NCBI GenBank assembly: GCA_963696385.1
Contig: CAVOKF010000005.1
Location: 1,248,001-1,312,000, forward strand
DNA: 64,000 nucleotides
From: an uncultured delta proteobacterium
GTDB lineage: Bacteria; Myxococcota_A; Polyangia; Polyangiales; Polyangiaceae
Reading direction: 5' to 3'
Shown here one piece after another: positions 40,376 through 52,076 of this stretch (position 1 is the stretch's first letter; every line of letters starts with the position of its first letter). The notes below the pieces were generated by a model that was not told the DNA's origin, searched no databases, and was given only the letters and a program-made list of their open reading frames with translations. Made by a program: the position numbers and the translations under genes.

Positions 40376-40530
40376 GCCCCGTTGAACGGTACCCGAGCAG
40401 CGCTCGGTACGCCTGCGTTGCAGGCTGGCGCTGTACGAAGAGGATTTCCTTGGGGCTTCGCCCCGGCGATCGAAATGCACCGCCAGGAGGTCCCCTTTTG
40501 CTCTGGGGTGCTCTGGGGCGGTGTACTTAG
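40376..40530. repeat. Intergenic structured repeat, copy 2 (REP/MITE-like)
   Basis: Matches copy 1. Ends GGGGCGGTGTACTTAG on the stop codon of the HAD gene. Confidence 0.8.
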
Positions 40531-41204
40531 CTCAGGATCCGATCGACGAGTGCGTTGCCGCACGCATCGACGATGGCGTCCGCCCCGGCCGCTTCGAGCT
40601 CCGCGCGCGCACGCGCATCCAACGCGACGCCGATGACGCGCGCCCCGATGGCACGCCCCGCGAGCACGTCCCGGTCCGTGTCGCCGACGACGACGACTTC
40701 GTCCGGCCGGTTACGGCCGCAGCGGTCGGCCGCGAGGCGGACGATGTCGGCGCGCGGCTCCGCGTCGCAACCGAAAGCTCCGAGTCCGAAGTCGAACGTC
40801 GCGCCGAGGCCCGCCGACGTGAGCTTGATGCGAGCTCCTTCGCGCACGTTGCCCGTTGCGATGCCGACGACGATACCTTTCGCCCGGAGTTGCTGGACCG
40901 CAGAGTTAACCAGTCCGACCGGACGGTAGCTACGGGTCTGAACCACCTCGCCCAAGTGGGCAAGGTAACGCACGAGCAGCCGGTCGATCGCTTTCTCGTC
41001 GTCGTAGACTCCGGCTCTGAGGAGCAGGGCCCGCACCAGAGCACGATCGGTCGCACCGGCCACGCGGAGACCGTCGGTCGTGCCCTCGATCCCGTAGCCG
41101 TCGCGCATCGCCCGATCGAGCGCCGTCCGTCCGGGCCCTGGCGGAGGTCCTTGGTACGTTACGACGGTGCCGTCGAGGTCGAAAAGCACGATGCGGGTTT
41201 GCAC
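40527..41204 (-). CDS. HAD-superfamily hydrolase
   Basis: LFDLDGT, ATGN, VVGDTDRD. Confidence 0.9.
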   Translation of the reverse strand: MQTRIVLFDLDGTVVTYQGPPPGPGRTALDRAMRDGYGIEGTTDGLRVAGATDRALVRALLLRAGVYDDEKAIDRLLVRYLAHLGEVVQTRSYRPVGLVNSAVQQLRAKGIVVGIATGNVREGARIKLTSAGLGATFDFGLGAFGCDAEPRADIVRLAADRCGRNRPDEVVVVGDTDRDVLAGRAIGARVIGVALDARARAELEAAGADAIVDACGNALVDRILS

Positions 41205-41237
41205 GCCGGGCCCAAGGGTACGACCATAATAGCGAGG

Positions 41238-41531
41238 TCAGTCGTCGTCATCGCGCTCGCGCCGCGGATCTTTCGACAGATCCGCCGTCACTTCGTCGAC
41301 CGTTGCGGCGCCTGAACCCGGTCGGCCCGATTTCGCGCTGGGGGGTCGGACGCTGCTGGATCGGCGAGGCGCTTTGGTTTCCCGGGCCTTCGCCGGCGGT
41401 GGCTCGGTCGGAGCCTCGGATCGATTTCGTGCCTCCTTGGGAGCTGGACCGCTCTCGGGTCGCGCCACCTTGACGCGTCGCAGATCCGGCTCCGTATCGG
41501 GCTCAGGAGGAAAGGGCTTCTTTCGCTGCAT
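41238..41531 (-). CDS. Small disordered hypothetical protein
   Basis: 97-aa Pro/Arg-rich ORF that fills the gap and is co-oriented with its neighbours. Confidence 0.5.
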   Translation of the reverse strand: MQRKKPFPPEPDTEPDLRRVKVARPESGPAPKEARNRSEAPTEPPPAKARETKAPRRSSSVRPPSAKSGRPGSGAATVDEVTADLSKDPRRERDDDD

Positions 41532-41719
41532 AGCCTAAAGGGGATCGCGTTAGCGTAGCCCCGAGGCGCAATTTTTCAACGGCCGCACCCGCGGCAAGCC
41601 TGCCCCATGCAGGACAGAACGCGTTTGGCATCGCCTGCCATGAGCCGTCTCCAGCGGCGAGACGACGCCTGCGGTCCGATGGACGCGTCGGTCTCGTCCC
41701 GATCGCCCCACGTCACGCG

Positions 41720-43237
<1,518 letters not shown>

Positions 43238-43340
43238 CGGACTTCAGCGGTTGGCGTCTTGCCCATAATTACGTCGGTCGGGACCGTGCCCGGCCGACGC
43301 GTATGAGGCGGGGGGTTAAGTTCAGGTTTCCGGAGGAAAT

Positions 43341-44756
43341 ATGACACCCAAGGAAGTGTTCGAGCTCGCAAAGAAGCACGACGTCAAGTACGTCGATCTG
43401 AAGTTCATCGACTTTCCCGGCGTGTGGCAACACACGACCATCCCAGCGAACCGTCTGAACGAGGGACTCTTCGAGGACGGCCTGGCATTCGACGGGTCGT
43501 CCATTCGGGGATGGCAGCCCATCAACGCGTCCGACATGGTCATGATCCCCGACCCGGAGACCGCGAAGATCGATCCGTTCTATTCGACTCCGACGCTCAG
43601 CGTGATTTGCTCCATTTTCGATCCCATTACCAAGCAGCCGTACTCGCGCGATCCACGCCACATCGCGAAGAAGGCGGAAGCGTATCTGCGCCAAACCGGA
43701 ATCGGTGACACGTCGTTCATGGGCCCCGAGGCCGAGTTCTTCTTGTTCGACGACGTCCGCTTCGATCAGTCCCAGCCAAACTGCGGCTACTATTACATCG
43801 ACAGCGTCGAAGGCGCCTGGAACAGCGGTCGCGAAGAGTTCCCGAACCTCGGGTACAAGACGCGTCACAAGGAAGGGTACTTCCCCGTTCCGCCGACCGA
43901 CACGTTGGCCGAGCTCCGGCAGGCCATCATGACGACGCTGCAGGAGACCGGCGTCGAAGTCGAAGTCGGACACCACGAGGTCGCGTCGGGCGGCCAGTGC
44001 GAAATCGGTGTGAAGTTCAACCGGCTGAGCGCCTGCGCCGACCAGCTCATGTGGTTCAAGTACGTCGTCAAGAACGTCGCGCGCAAGCACGGCAAGGCGG
44101 CGACGTTCATGCCGAAGCCCATGTTCGGCGACAACGGAAGCGGCATGCATACGCACCAGTCGATCTGGAAGGAGGGCAAGCCGCTCTTCGCGGGCGACGG
44201 CTACGCGGGCCTTTCCGACATGGCGCTTCACTACATCGGAGGGATCATCAAGCATGCGAAATCGATCGCGGCGCTGACGAATCCGACCACCAACTCGTAC
44301 CGCCGACTCGTCCCTGGCTTCGAGGCGCCGATCAATCTCGCCTACTCGAGTCGCAACCGTTCGGCCAGCGTGCGCATCCCAATTACGGGACCGAATCCGA
44401 AGACCCGTCGCATCGAAGTGCGCTTCCCGGACCCCAGCTGTAACCCGTACCTTGCGTTCAGCGCGATGCTGCTCGCCGGCATCGACGGCATCCAGAACAA
44501 GATCAACCCGGGCGATCCGCTCGACAAGGATATCTACGCCCTTTCGCCGGAGGAGTTGAAAGAAGTGCCCCACATGCCCGGCAGCCTCGAGGAAGCGCTC
44601 GACGCCGTCGAGCGGGATCACGAATTCCTCGTGCGCGGAGACGTGTTCACGAAGGACGCGATTCACGAATGGCTGGACTACAAGCGCAACCGTGAGCTGA
44701 CCCCGGTTCGCATGCGTCCGACCCCGTACGAATTCTATCTCTACTTCGATATCTGA
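43341..44756 (+). CDS. glnA: Glutamine synthetase type I
   Basis: [46 protein letters not shown] adenylylation-type site. Confidence 0.98.
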   Translation: MTPKEVFELAKKHDVKYVDLKFIDFPGVWQHTTIPANRLNEGLFEDGLAFDGSSIRGWQPINASDMVMIPDPETAKIDPFYSTPTLSVICSIFDPITKQPYSRDPRHIAKKAEAYLRQTGIGDTSFMGPEAEFFLFDDVRFDQSQPNCGYYYIDSVEGAWNSGREEFPNLGYKTRHKEGYFPVPPTDTLAELRQAIMTTLQETGVEVEVGHHEVASGGQCEIGVKFNRLSACADQLMWFKYVVKNVARKHGKAATFMPKPMFGDNGSGMHTHQSIWKEGKPLFAGDGYAGLSDMALHYIGGIIKHAKSIAALTNPTTNSYRRLVPGFEAPINLAYSSRNRSASVRIPITGPNPKTRRIEVRFPDPSCNPYLAFSAMLLAGIDGIQNKINPGDPLDKDIYALSPEELKEVPHMPGSLEEALDAVERDHEFLVRGDVFTKDAIHEWLDYKRNRELTPVRMRPTPYEFYLYFDI

Positions 44757-44843
44757 CCGCGGGTTGCATCTCCGGCCGACCCGATCCGGCCGGCAAGCGC
44801 GGAGCCTCCCGGCCCGCCGGGGGGATCCTAGGGAGGCGATCCG

Positions 44844-46046
44844 ATGAGCGCGAATCGAGTCCTGATCGCTACGGCAGTGCTCTCCACGCTGTCCTGGCTT
44901 TTGCATCGGTACGTCTGGGCCCGTCTTCTCCGGGATGGGATGTGGCCGGAGCCGTGGCGCACGGGGCTCACCGTCGGCGTGTTCGCACTGGGCGCGCTGA
45001 TTCCGGTCGCGTTCTTGGCGATACGATTTCTTCCACGCGCGGTCCACGTGCCGATCGCGTGGGTGGCCTACACGTGGATGGGCTTCTTGTTGTACTTGGT
45101 GCTCCTGACGGCGACATTCGACGCGGCGCGCGGTGTCGCCGCTCTCGCGCGGACGCAGCCCCTGGACCCGGAGCGACGTATCGCGTTGTCTCGCGCGATC
45201 GCCAAGATCGTGGTGGCCACGGCGGGTCTGGTTGGACTGGGTGGGATTGCAAACGTGGCGCGCGGGTTCGAGCTGCGCCGAGTGCGGGTGCCCATAGCCA
45301 AGCTGCCTCCGAGTGCGTCCGGCTATTGCATCGTACAGATCACGGACGTGCACGTCGGGCCGACCATCGGTCGAGACTTCGTCGACGCCATGGTGAGGGC
45401 GACCAATGCTCTTGCGCCCGACCTAGTCGTCATCACGGGCGATTTGGTCGACGGAAGCGTCGATCAGCTGCGGCACCTTGTCGAGCCGTTGCGCGATCTG
45501 CGAGCGAAGGACGGGATTTTCTTCGTGACGGGCAATCACGAGTATTATTCTGGTGCGAACGAGTGGATTGCTCATTTGGGGCAACTCGGTATTCGCGTCC
45601 TTCGAAACGAGAGGGTCGCCATCCGCGACGTCTTCGATCTGGCGGGCGTCGACGATGCAAGCGCGAACCGGATGCTGGCCCACCATGGCCAAGACGTGGC
45701 GCGGGCGCTTTCCGGTCGCGACATGGATCGCCCCGTCGTGCTGCTTGCCCACCAGCCGAAGGCACTGAAGGACGCGTTGGCCGCCCGCGTCGACTTGCAA
45801 CTTTCCGGGCACGTGCACGGCGGGCAGATGTTTCCGTTCAACTGGATCGCGCGGATCGATCAGCCACTGATTGCAGGACTCTATCGAGTGGAGCAGACGT
45901 GGGTCTACGTCAGCACGGGGACGGGCTACTGGGGTCCGCCGATGCGGGTCGGCCCCGGGGCAGAGCTTACGCGCATAGAGCTGGTGGCGAGTTCCGATCG
46001 CGATGCCGAGTTGGGTCCACCCTCCGAACGCGAGGCCCTGGGCTAA
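44844..46046 (+). CDS. Membrane-anchored metallophosphoesterase (YkuE-like)
   Basis: N-terminal TMs, DVH, GDLVD, GNHE, LLAHQP, SGHVHGGQ. Confidence 0.9.
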   Translation: MSANRVLIATAVLSTLSWLLHRYVWARLLRDGMWPEPWRTGLTVGVFALGALIPVAFLAIRFLPRAVHVPIAWVAYTWMGFLLYLVLLTATFDAARGVAALARTQPLDPERRIALSRAIAKIVVATAGLVGLGGIANVARGFELRRVRVPIAKLPPSASGYCIVQITDVHVGPTIGRDFVDAMVRATNALAPDLVVITGDLVDGSVDQLRHLVEPLRDLRAKDGIFFVTGNHEYYSGANEWIAHLGQLGIRVLRNERVAIRDVFDLAGVDDASANRMLAHHGQDVARALSGRDMDRPVVLLAHQPKALKDALAARVDLQLSGHVHGGQMFPFNWIARIDQPLIAGLYRVEQTWVYVSTGTGYWGPPMRVGPGAELTRIELVASSDRDAELGPPSEREALG

Positions 46047-47785
46047 GCGTCCTCGTCGCCGAAAAGGAAAAGTTGCGGTCCGCTCGCTCGACGGGATCGT
46101 GCGGTCCGACGGGGAGGGGCGTGCTCGCGGTGCCCGGAGGCCACCTGCGCCGCGAAGATCGTCTCCACGGCGGCGATGCCATCGGCCTGCTCGGGAGTCT
46201 TGTCGTCGCGCACGCGTACGATGCGCGGAAACCGTAGTGCAAAGCCGCTCGAGTGGCGCGCGGAGCGCTGGGCGCCGTCGAAGGCGACTTCGATCACCAC
46301 TTCGGGGCGCACGAGCCGAATGCCCGCGCGGACCTCGACCGTGATCGCGACCAGCCGCCGGGTCATCGCATCGATTTCTCGATCGGTCAGGCCACTGTAC
46401 GCCTTGCCGATCGGCACGAGATCGCCGCTTCGCCAGACCGCGAACGTGTAGTCACTGAGGGCCCCGGCCCGCCGCCCGTGTCCCCCTTCTGCAGCGACGA
46501 TGACGACGTCCAACGTCGCATGAGCCCTTTTGACTTTGATCCAAGAATGGCCCCGACTTCCGGCTTCGTAGGGTCCGTCGGCACGCTTGAGGACCAGGCC
46601 TTCGTGGCCTCGAGCCCGCGCAGCGTCGAACGCCGCGTCGAGCGCCCGATCGAGCGATAGATGAGAAGAAAGCTCCGAGAAATCATGGGTGACAATCGCC
46701 GACCGTCGCGTCGCGAGGAGTGCCTCGAGCCGGGCGCGTCAATCGCGCCATGGGAGGTCGAGGATCGACCCCGAAGCATCGGCCAGAAGGTCGAACGCGA
46801 CCAGCGCCACCGGGGTCTGCCGGATGTCTTTCTCCGACGGTCGGGACTTCCTGAGACGCGCCTGCAACACTTGGAAGGGTCTCGGACGCCCGGATGGCCC
46901 GATTGCGACAATTTCGCCGTCGAGGACGAGCGACGTGGCGCAGTCCCGCAGGGCGTCGACGATCTCGGGGAACGCGCGGGTGACCCGATCCAGTCCGCGC
47001 GCAAAAACGGCGACTTCACCGTCGTCCGTCCGGTGGACCTGAGCACGCACGCCGTCGATCTTGTCTTCCACAATGAAGGCGTCGGGCGCGATCGCGGCCG
47101 AGCGGGTCTCGAGCGGTGTCGCGAGCATGAAAGCCACCGGCCGCCCCACTGCGAGGCGGGCTTCGTCGAGTTTGCCCTGATGCGCGAGGACTGCGAGCTC
47201 CCCGACGTCGGCGATGAGTGCGGCGGCTTTCCGCACGAGATCGGGACGGGCTTCGAACGCGCGTGCGATGGCTCCGTGGACGACGCCCTCTTGCGCTCCG
47301 ATGCGCATGCCGCCTCCGAGTGCCTTGGCCAGGTACTTCGTTTCGAGGGGCGTCGCGCGCGCGAAGGTCGCGTCCAGGATGGCACGTTTCGATGCTCTCC
47401 CGGGTTCACTCGCGAGAGCGTCGGCGAGCCGGACGACGTCGGCCAGTCGGACTCCTTCACGCTCCCAAGCCCCCTCGATGCGGCTCGAAAGAAGCGCGAA
47501 CGCTTCGGCCAGCTCGCCTGCCGTGCGCGCGCATGCGACGACGACCGGGTCGTCGAACCCCGTGGCCGCCCGCACGACGTCGAGTAGCAGCGACCCTCCG
47601 ACGCCGAGCGTCCGGCCGTCGCCGATTGGCAGGAGGCGGCCCGCAGCGATGCGGCTCGCCGTTGCGAGCGCCGTCTCGTCGCCTTCGAGAGCAATCTCGC
47701 GAAGGGCGCCCGCAATCGCTTCTTCTTTGCCGATGCGCGATCGCCGAGCTCGGGCTGCATCGAGGGCGGCGGCAAGTCGCCTCAC
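46043..47785 (-). pseudogene. ATP-dependent DNA ligase interrupted by an in-frame TGA at 46739-46741
   Basis: EDKIDGVRAQ (adenylated Lys), LDGE, AFDLL, then LPWRD*RARLEALL...EGLVLK...WIKVK and OB domain ALRFPRI, all in one frame. Confidence 0.88.
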
Positions 47786-48813
47786 GATGACCCTCGGTCG
47801 TCGATCGGTCCGAGCGCGAGGGCGTCGGCATCGACGCCCCGGCGACGGAGCTCGTGAGCCAAAGGTCGAGCCTCGCCGCGCGTCACGTAGACCGATCTCG
47901 CGCCGGACGAGGACACGAGCGCCAGCCACCGATCGAAGTCGGCCTGATCGGCGAACGCGAACCCCGTGTCGGCTTTCTTTTGGGCCAACGCTGCGTCGAG
48001 CACGGCCCAGCCCGAGGCGTAGGCTACGGCGTGTCTCTTCGGGGCCTGCCGTTCGGCCACCCGACTGTCGGGTCGAGCGAGGACGACCGCGCCGCGCCGC
48101 ACCCCCGCGTAGCCTCCAACGACGCCGACGGGAGCCCCGATCGAATCGTACGCCGTGCAGGCGCGCAGGACTTCCGCGTCCGCCACGACGGGCAGCCCGC
48201 GATTCGCGAGCGCGTGTGCGAGCGATTGCGCAGGCCCAGGGCTCTGGACGAGGACGAAGGGCGTGCAGTCCTCGGCGAGACGCGCAGCGCACCACCCGAC
48301 GATGTCCGCAGCGACCCGCTGCATCGGTCTGAAGCGAAAGATCGGAAGGCCGAATGCGGAGGTGATGACCAGCTCGTCGCATGCCACGGCTTCTCCCGGG
48401 GGCCGTGTAGCGTCGGGCTCGCTGCTCCAATCGCCCGTGTAGACCAGGCGTCCGCGAGGATGGTCGATGACCAGCTGTGAGCCGCCGAGGACGTGTCCCG
48501 CACGGGCGATGGACAGCCGGGCCGTGCCGCCGCCGTACCGAGATCCGATGGCCCATGGAATGGTTTCGCCCCAAGCCATGGGGTGCGCTTCCCGGAACGT
48601 CCAGCCGAGCGCCTCCGAGAGCGCGATCGTCTCGGGCGAGGCCAACGCTCTGGTGCCGGTCGCGCTCGCTGCCGCGTGAGCGTGCGAGACGAACACGGCC
48701 GTTTCGGGACCAACGGGCGTCACACCGGTCGGATCGAGCCAGAGATCGAGAGCACGAACGAAGAGTCCGTGGTCACCCAGGACGACACCGAGCGGTCCGC
48801 CTCGGGTGCTCAC
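47782..48813 (-). CDS. Ligase-associated metallo-beta-lactamase-fold exonuclease homologue (degenerate motifs)
   Basis: LWLDP, AGHVLGG, YTGD, CDELVI..AFGLPIFRF, AYASGW. GTGA overlap with the ligase. Confidence 0.8.
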   Translation of the reverse strand: MSTRGGPLGVVLGDHGLFVRALDLWLDPTGVTPVGPETAVFVSHAHAAASATGTRALASPETIALSEALGWTFREAHPMAWGETIPWAIGSRYGGGTARLSIARAGHVLGGSQLVIDHPRGRLVYTGDWSSEPDATRPPGEAVACDELVITSAFGLPIFRFRPMQRVAADIVGWCAARLAEDCTPFVLVQSPGPAQSLAHALANRGLPVVADAEVLRACTAYDSIGAPVGVVGGYAGVRRGAVVLARPDSRVAERQAPKRHAVAYASGWAVLDAALAQKKADTGFAFADQADFDRWLALVSSSGARSVYVTRGEARPLAHELRRRGVDADALALGPIDDRGSS

Positions 48814-48834
48814 CGGATCCTCGATGCCGGAACG

Positions 48835-49152
48835 TCACGTCGCTTTCGCGACGAACGACTTGCAGTTGCCGCCGGGGTTGATGGGTCCCTTGACGACCTT
48901 GCACGCGCCGCAGGCGTTCGGTGCAGCAGGAAGAAACTGCTGACAAACCGAACACGTCTTACCCGGCTCCATCGATGCGTCGACGTAGGCGAGCAAGGTT
49001 CGGACCTGAAGGTCGGCGGGCGACAGGGCGCTCGTATCGGTGCACGCCAAAGGTGGAGTCTTCTCTTTGCATCCCGTCGCCCCGATCGCGGCGAGGGCGC
49101 CCATCGCCGCAGTTTGGTGCAAAAGATCCCGACGCGAGAGTCGGTTGCTCAT
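48835..49152 (-). CDS. Tat-exported lipoprotein high-potential iron-sulfur protein (HiPIP)
   Basis: SRRDLL Tat motif, ATGC lipobox, YV..S...CSVCQQF...C.VVKGPINPGGNC HiPIP Cys pattern. Confidence 0.8.
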   Translation of the reverse strand: MSNRLSRRDLLHQTAAMGALAAIGATGCKEKTPPLACTDTSALSPADLQVRTLLAYVDASMEPGKTCSVCQQFLPAAPNACGACKVVKGPINPGGNCKSFVAKAT

Positions 49153-49231
49153 GGTGGCCTCCTTCGAGAGGCTCATTTCAGGGATCCCACCGACCGGCGT
49201 CCAGGCTGCCGCCAGCCGGGTGGCCCGCCCG

Positions 49232-50098
49232 TCAGCGGGAGAGCACCCAAAAGACGACCAGGCCAGCAGCAATTCGGTACCAGCCGAAAGGCTCGAGCCC
49301 GTGCTTGCGCAGGTACTTGAGGAAGCTGGCGATCACGGCCCAAGCGACGAAAAACGAAACGACGAGACCGACCGCGAGGCTGACCCCTCCGACGCGGGAC
49401 GCGAGGTCCGCGCGCGCCTTGTATCCTTCGAACAGCGTCGCCGCGCCCAGCGTGGGCAGCGCGAGCAGGAACGAAAACTCCGCCGCCGTCGCGGTCGACA
49501 GTCCGGCGAGTTGTCCCGCGACGATGGTGCACATGGATCGGGAAGCGCCGGGCCACAGCGACAGGCATTGACCCAAGCCCACCGCCAGCGCCCGTTTGGG
49601 CGTCACCTTGTCCAGCCCGTCTTCGCCGCTGCCGAAGGTGTCCGGCGGATGAACGCCCCGGTTGCGACGCCCGACCCAGCGCTCGATCAGGATCATCGCA
49701 ACGCCCCCGACGACGAGCGCGGCGGTGACGGGAATCGGCCCGAACAGGCGGGCCTTGATCGTCTTGCGCAGGAGCAGACCGGCGACGGCGGTCGGCGCGA
49801 ACGCCACGGCGAGGGCGGTGAGCAATTGGAACGAGGCCGCATCGCGCGCCGCGAGCCCTCGAAGTTTTTGACCGAGGAGCGTCCAATAGTGTGCCACCAC
49901 GGCGAGGATGGCTCCGAGCTGAACCACGATTTCGAACGAAGACGTCGCGGGGTCATCGTCGCTCAAGCCGAGCAGGTGACCCACCAGAACGAGGTGCCCC
50001 GTCGAAGAGATCGGGAGATATTCGGTCAACCCTTCGACGATGCCGAGCAGGACCGCAATCTTCGGGTCGCGCGCAGTCGCCGCGGCGTGCAAAGGCAT
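49232..50098 (-). CDS. uppP: Undecaprenyl-diphosphate phosphatase
   Basis: EGLTEYLPISSTGH, QLGAILA, PGASRS, AEFSFLL. Confidence 0.95.
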   Translation of the reverse strand: MPLHAAATARDPKIAVLLGIVEGLTEYLPISSTGHLVLVGHLLGLSDDDPATSSFEIVVQLGAILAVVAHYWTLLGQKLRGLAARDAASFQLLTALAVAFAPTAVAGLLLRKTIKARLFGPIPVTAALVVGGVAMILIERWVGRRNRGVHPPDTFGSGEDGLDKVTPKRALAVGLGQCLSLWPGASRSMCTIVAGQLAGLSTATAAEFSFLLALPTLGAATLFEGYKARADLASRVGGVSLAVGLVVSFFVAWAVIASFLKYLRKHGLEPFGWYRIAAGLVVFWVLSR

Positions 50099-50427
50099 GG
50101 GGGCTTTCCACGTAGCACGACGCCATCACGGGGAAGGGGAATCCGAATGCGGTCCTTTCGGGGACGCACCGCGTTTCCCGCATGCCGCCGTGCGTCGAGG
50201 CATCCGACTCCACCGAGAGTTGGCAAGGAGGGGGTCTGGCGCCGATGTCATGGGGTGCGCCTGCCGAGTCTTTTTGAAGATCGGACCGGGCTTTTCGGTT
50301 ATACCAACCGGCGCCGGGCGGTCGGACTCCGTGGCGGGGATCGATGAGCTGGCGGGCCTCTGGCCTGTCGTTCGCTGCGGGGGCAGCATCGACTCGGTCT
50401 TGGCCACTCGCCGAAAGGGAAACGTTC

Positions 50428-51354
50428 ATGTTCAACAAGCCTCTCTCCTTAGCTGTCACGATCCTGGGAACGACCGTCTTTGCCTGGATGGCGGCTTGCT
50501 CGTCGTCCAAAGAGTCGACAGACAACAGCAGCAGCAACACGGGTGGCGCCACGAGCAGCAGCAGCAGCAGCACCTCATTGGGCAGCGGCACGAGCAGCAG
50601 CAGCAGCGGCACGGGCAGTTCCGGTACGAGCAGCACGGGCGCAAGCGGCGATGGGGGCTCCAGCCCGCTCCAAATCGACAACCAGTCGGCGGCTGTGGGC
50701 TCCCAGCTCCAGTTTGGATCGAGTGTGAAGGCGCTGGTCCCGTCCGGCGACAAAATCGGCACCTGGTACACGTACGGCTGGAACGCGGCGGCCGGCCAGA
50801 CACTGACACCGGCCCAAGGGGCACCGTTCAGCTTCACGACGACCACGGGCATGTTCACGCGGGCCGCCTGCGTCAGCTCGGCGGGCTATGTCGGATACTC
50901 GGCGGGCGAGGGCTTCAACTTCGCGACGGCCGACGTCGACTCTTCGAACCCGCCGGCCGTGCCGTTGAACGTGAGCAGCTTCACGGGCATCACCTTCTGG
51001 GCCATGAGTACGACTACGGGAACACCGATGGTTCGGGTAAAGTTCCCCGACGATCAGACGTACGGGTCGGATCCGACCGCGCTCTGCCAACCAGATGCGT
51101 CGCTTCCGACGGGAGACACGGCCGGGCAATGCGATGACGACTTCTGCGATAACGTGACGCTGACGTCGTCATGGACCCAAGTGTCGATCCTCTTTTCTAA
51201 TTTGAACCAGAGCAGCTTCGGTGCCACTTTCCCCGGCGGTCTCGATACGAAGAACGTGTTCGGCATCCAGTTCGAGAATGAAGGCGGAGGGACCACCGAC
51301 GCGGGCGCGCCGGGGTTCCAGTACTGCATCGCGGACATCAACTTCACGCAATAG
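50428..51354 (+). CDS. Lipoprotein with Ser/Gly linker and CBM11/CIA30-like beta-sandwich domain
   Basis: Lipobox MAAC, poly-Ser linker, SFTGITFWA...WTQVSILFSNL.Q..FG...IQF...IADINF. Confidence 0.7.
   Translation: MFNKPLSLAVTILGTTVFAWMAACSSSKESTDNSSSNTGGATSSSSSSTSLGSGTSSSSSGTGSSGTSSTGASGDGGSSPLQIDNQSAAVGSQLQFGSSVKALVPSGDKIGTWYTYGWNAAAGQTLTPAQGAPFSFTTTTGMFTRAACVSSAGYVGYSAGEGFNFATADVDSSNPPAVPLNVSSFTGITFWAMSTTTGTPMVRVKFPDDQTYGSDPTALCQPDASLPTGDTAGQCDDDFCDNVTLTSSWTQVSILFSNLNQSSFGATFPGGLDTKNVFGIQFENEGGGTTDAGAPGFQYCIADINFTQ
50526..50632 (+). repeat. (AGC)n trinucleotide tracts encoding the poly-Ser linker
   Basis: Several runs such as agcagcagcagcagcagc within the lipoprotein gene. Confidence 0.8.
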
Positions 51355-51371
51355 GTCCGACGGGCGCCACG

Positions 51372-52076
51372 ATGCGACCCACTCACGCGACGAGCTCGAC
51401 GACCGAATCGAGCCCGTCGCGCAGTTCGCGCCAAGACGCTACCCTCGGCGCCGTGTCGACTGCCTCCGTGCCGTTGGTCACGCGACTTTGGTTCGCGTGG
51501 CTCTGCTTCTTTAAGGTTCTTTTCGATGGACGCTTTGCGTCTCGAGCGTGGGATGCTCGGGACGCACACCGTCTGCCGCCGCCGCCGACGGTGTCTGGGC
51601 GTTCCGCCTCGCCCGCCGTGGGGTCGCGGGTCCCGGATCTCGAGAGTCGTGTCGCGAGCTCAGGCGCACTGCGCGACTCGGCCTCGTCCGCGCCGTCGGC
51701 GACCGCGGCCCTTCAGCTCCTGTCGCTTTTGCAGTCTGAAGGGCGGCTTGTCGACTTCCTCGAGCAAGACGTCGCCGCGTTCTCGGATACCGATGTCGGC
51801 ATCGCCGCGCGGGTGGTGCACGAGGGTTGCCGTCGGGCTCTGCGTGCCCACGCGAGGGTCGAGCCGGTGCGGCCGGAAGGCGAGGGGCAGCGGATCACGT
51901 TGGCCGCGGGTTTCGATGCCGATGCCGTGAAGCTGGTTGGCGACGTGAAGGGGCAGCCGCCGTTCGTCGGTGTCCTGCGGCACAGAGGGTGGCGGGTCCT
52001 AACGATCGAGCTGCCGCAACGCGTGGGCGAGCATGACCCCCGCATCGTAGCGCCGGCCGAAATCGAGCTCGAGTGA
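51372..52076 (+). CDS. DUF2760-like protein
   Basis: ALQLLSLLQSEGRLVDFL...AARVVHEGCR...G.LRHRGW...APAEIEL, directly upstream of two Hsp70-like genes. Confidence 0.75.
   Translation: MRPTHATSSTTESSPSRSSRQDATLGAVSTASVPLVTRLWFAWLCFFKVLFDGRFASRAWDARDAHRLPPPPTVSGRSASPAVGSRVPDLESRVASSGALRDSASSAPSATAALQLLSLLQSEGRLVDFLEQDVAAFSDTDVGIAARVVHEGCRRALRAHARVEPVRPEGEGQRITLAAGFDADAVKLVGDVKGQPPFVGVLRHRGWRVLTIELPQRVGEHDPRIVAPAEIELE

Noticed and set aside
43249..43262. Sigma54 promoter (GG-N10-GC) before glnA
   Set aside because: The spacing fits but the -24 element (CGGTTG) is a poor match to TGGCAC, so it is too weak to call.
46739..46741. In-frame TGA in the ligase read as selenocysteine or recoding
   Set aside because: The position corresponds to Arg in the usual 'RR..L' ligase motif, not Cys, and many other genes here use TGA as a normal stop.
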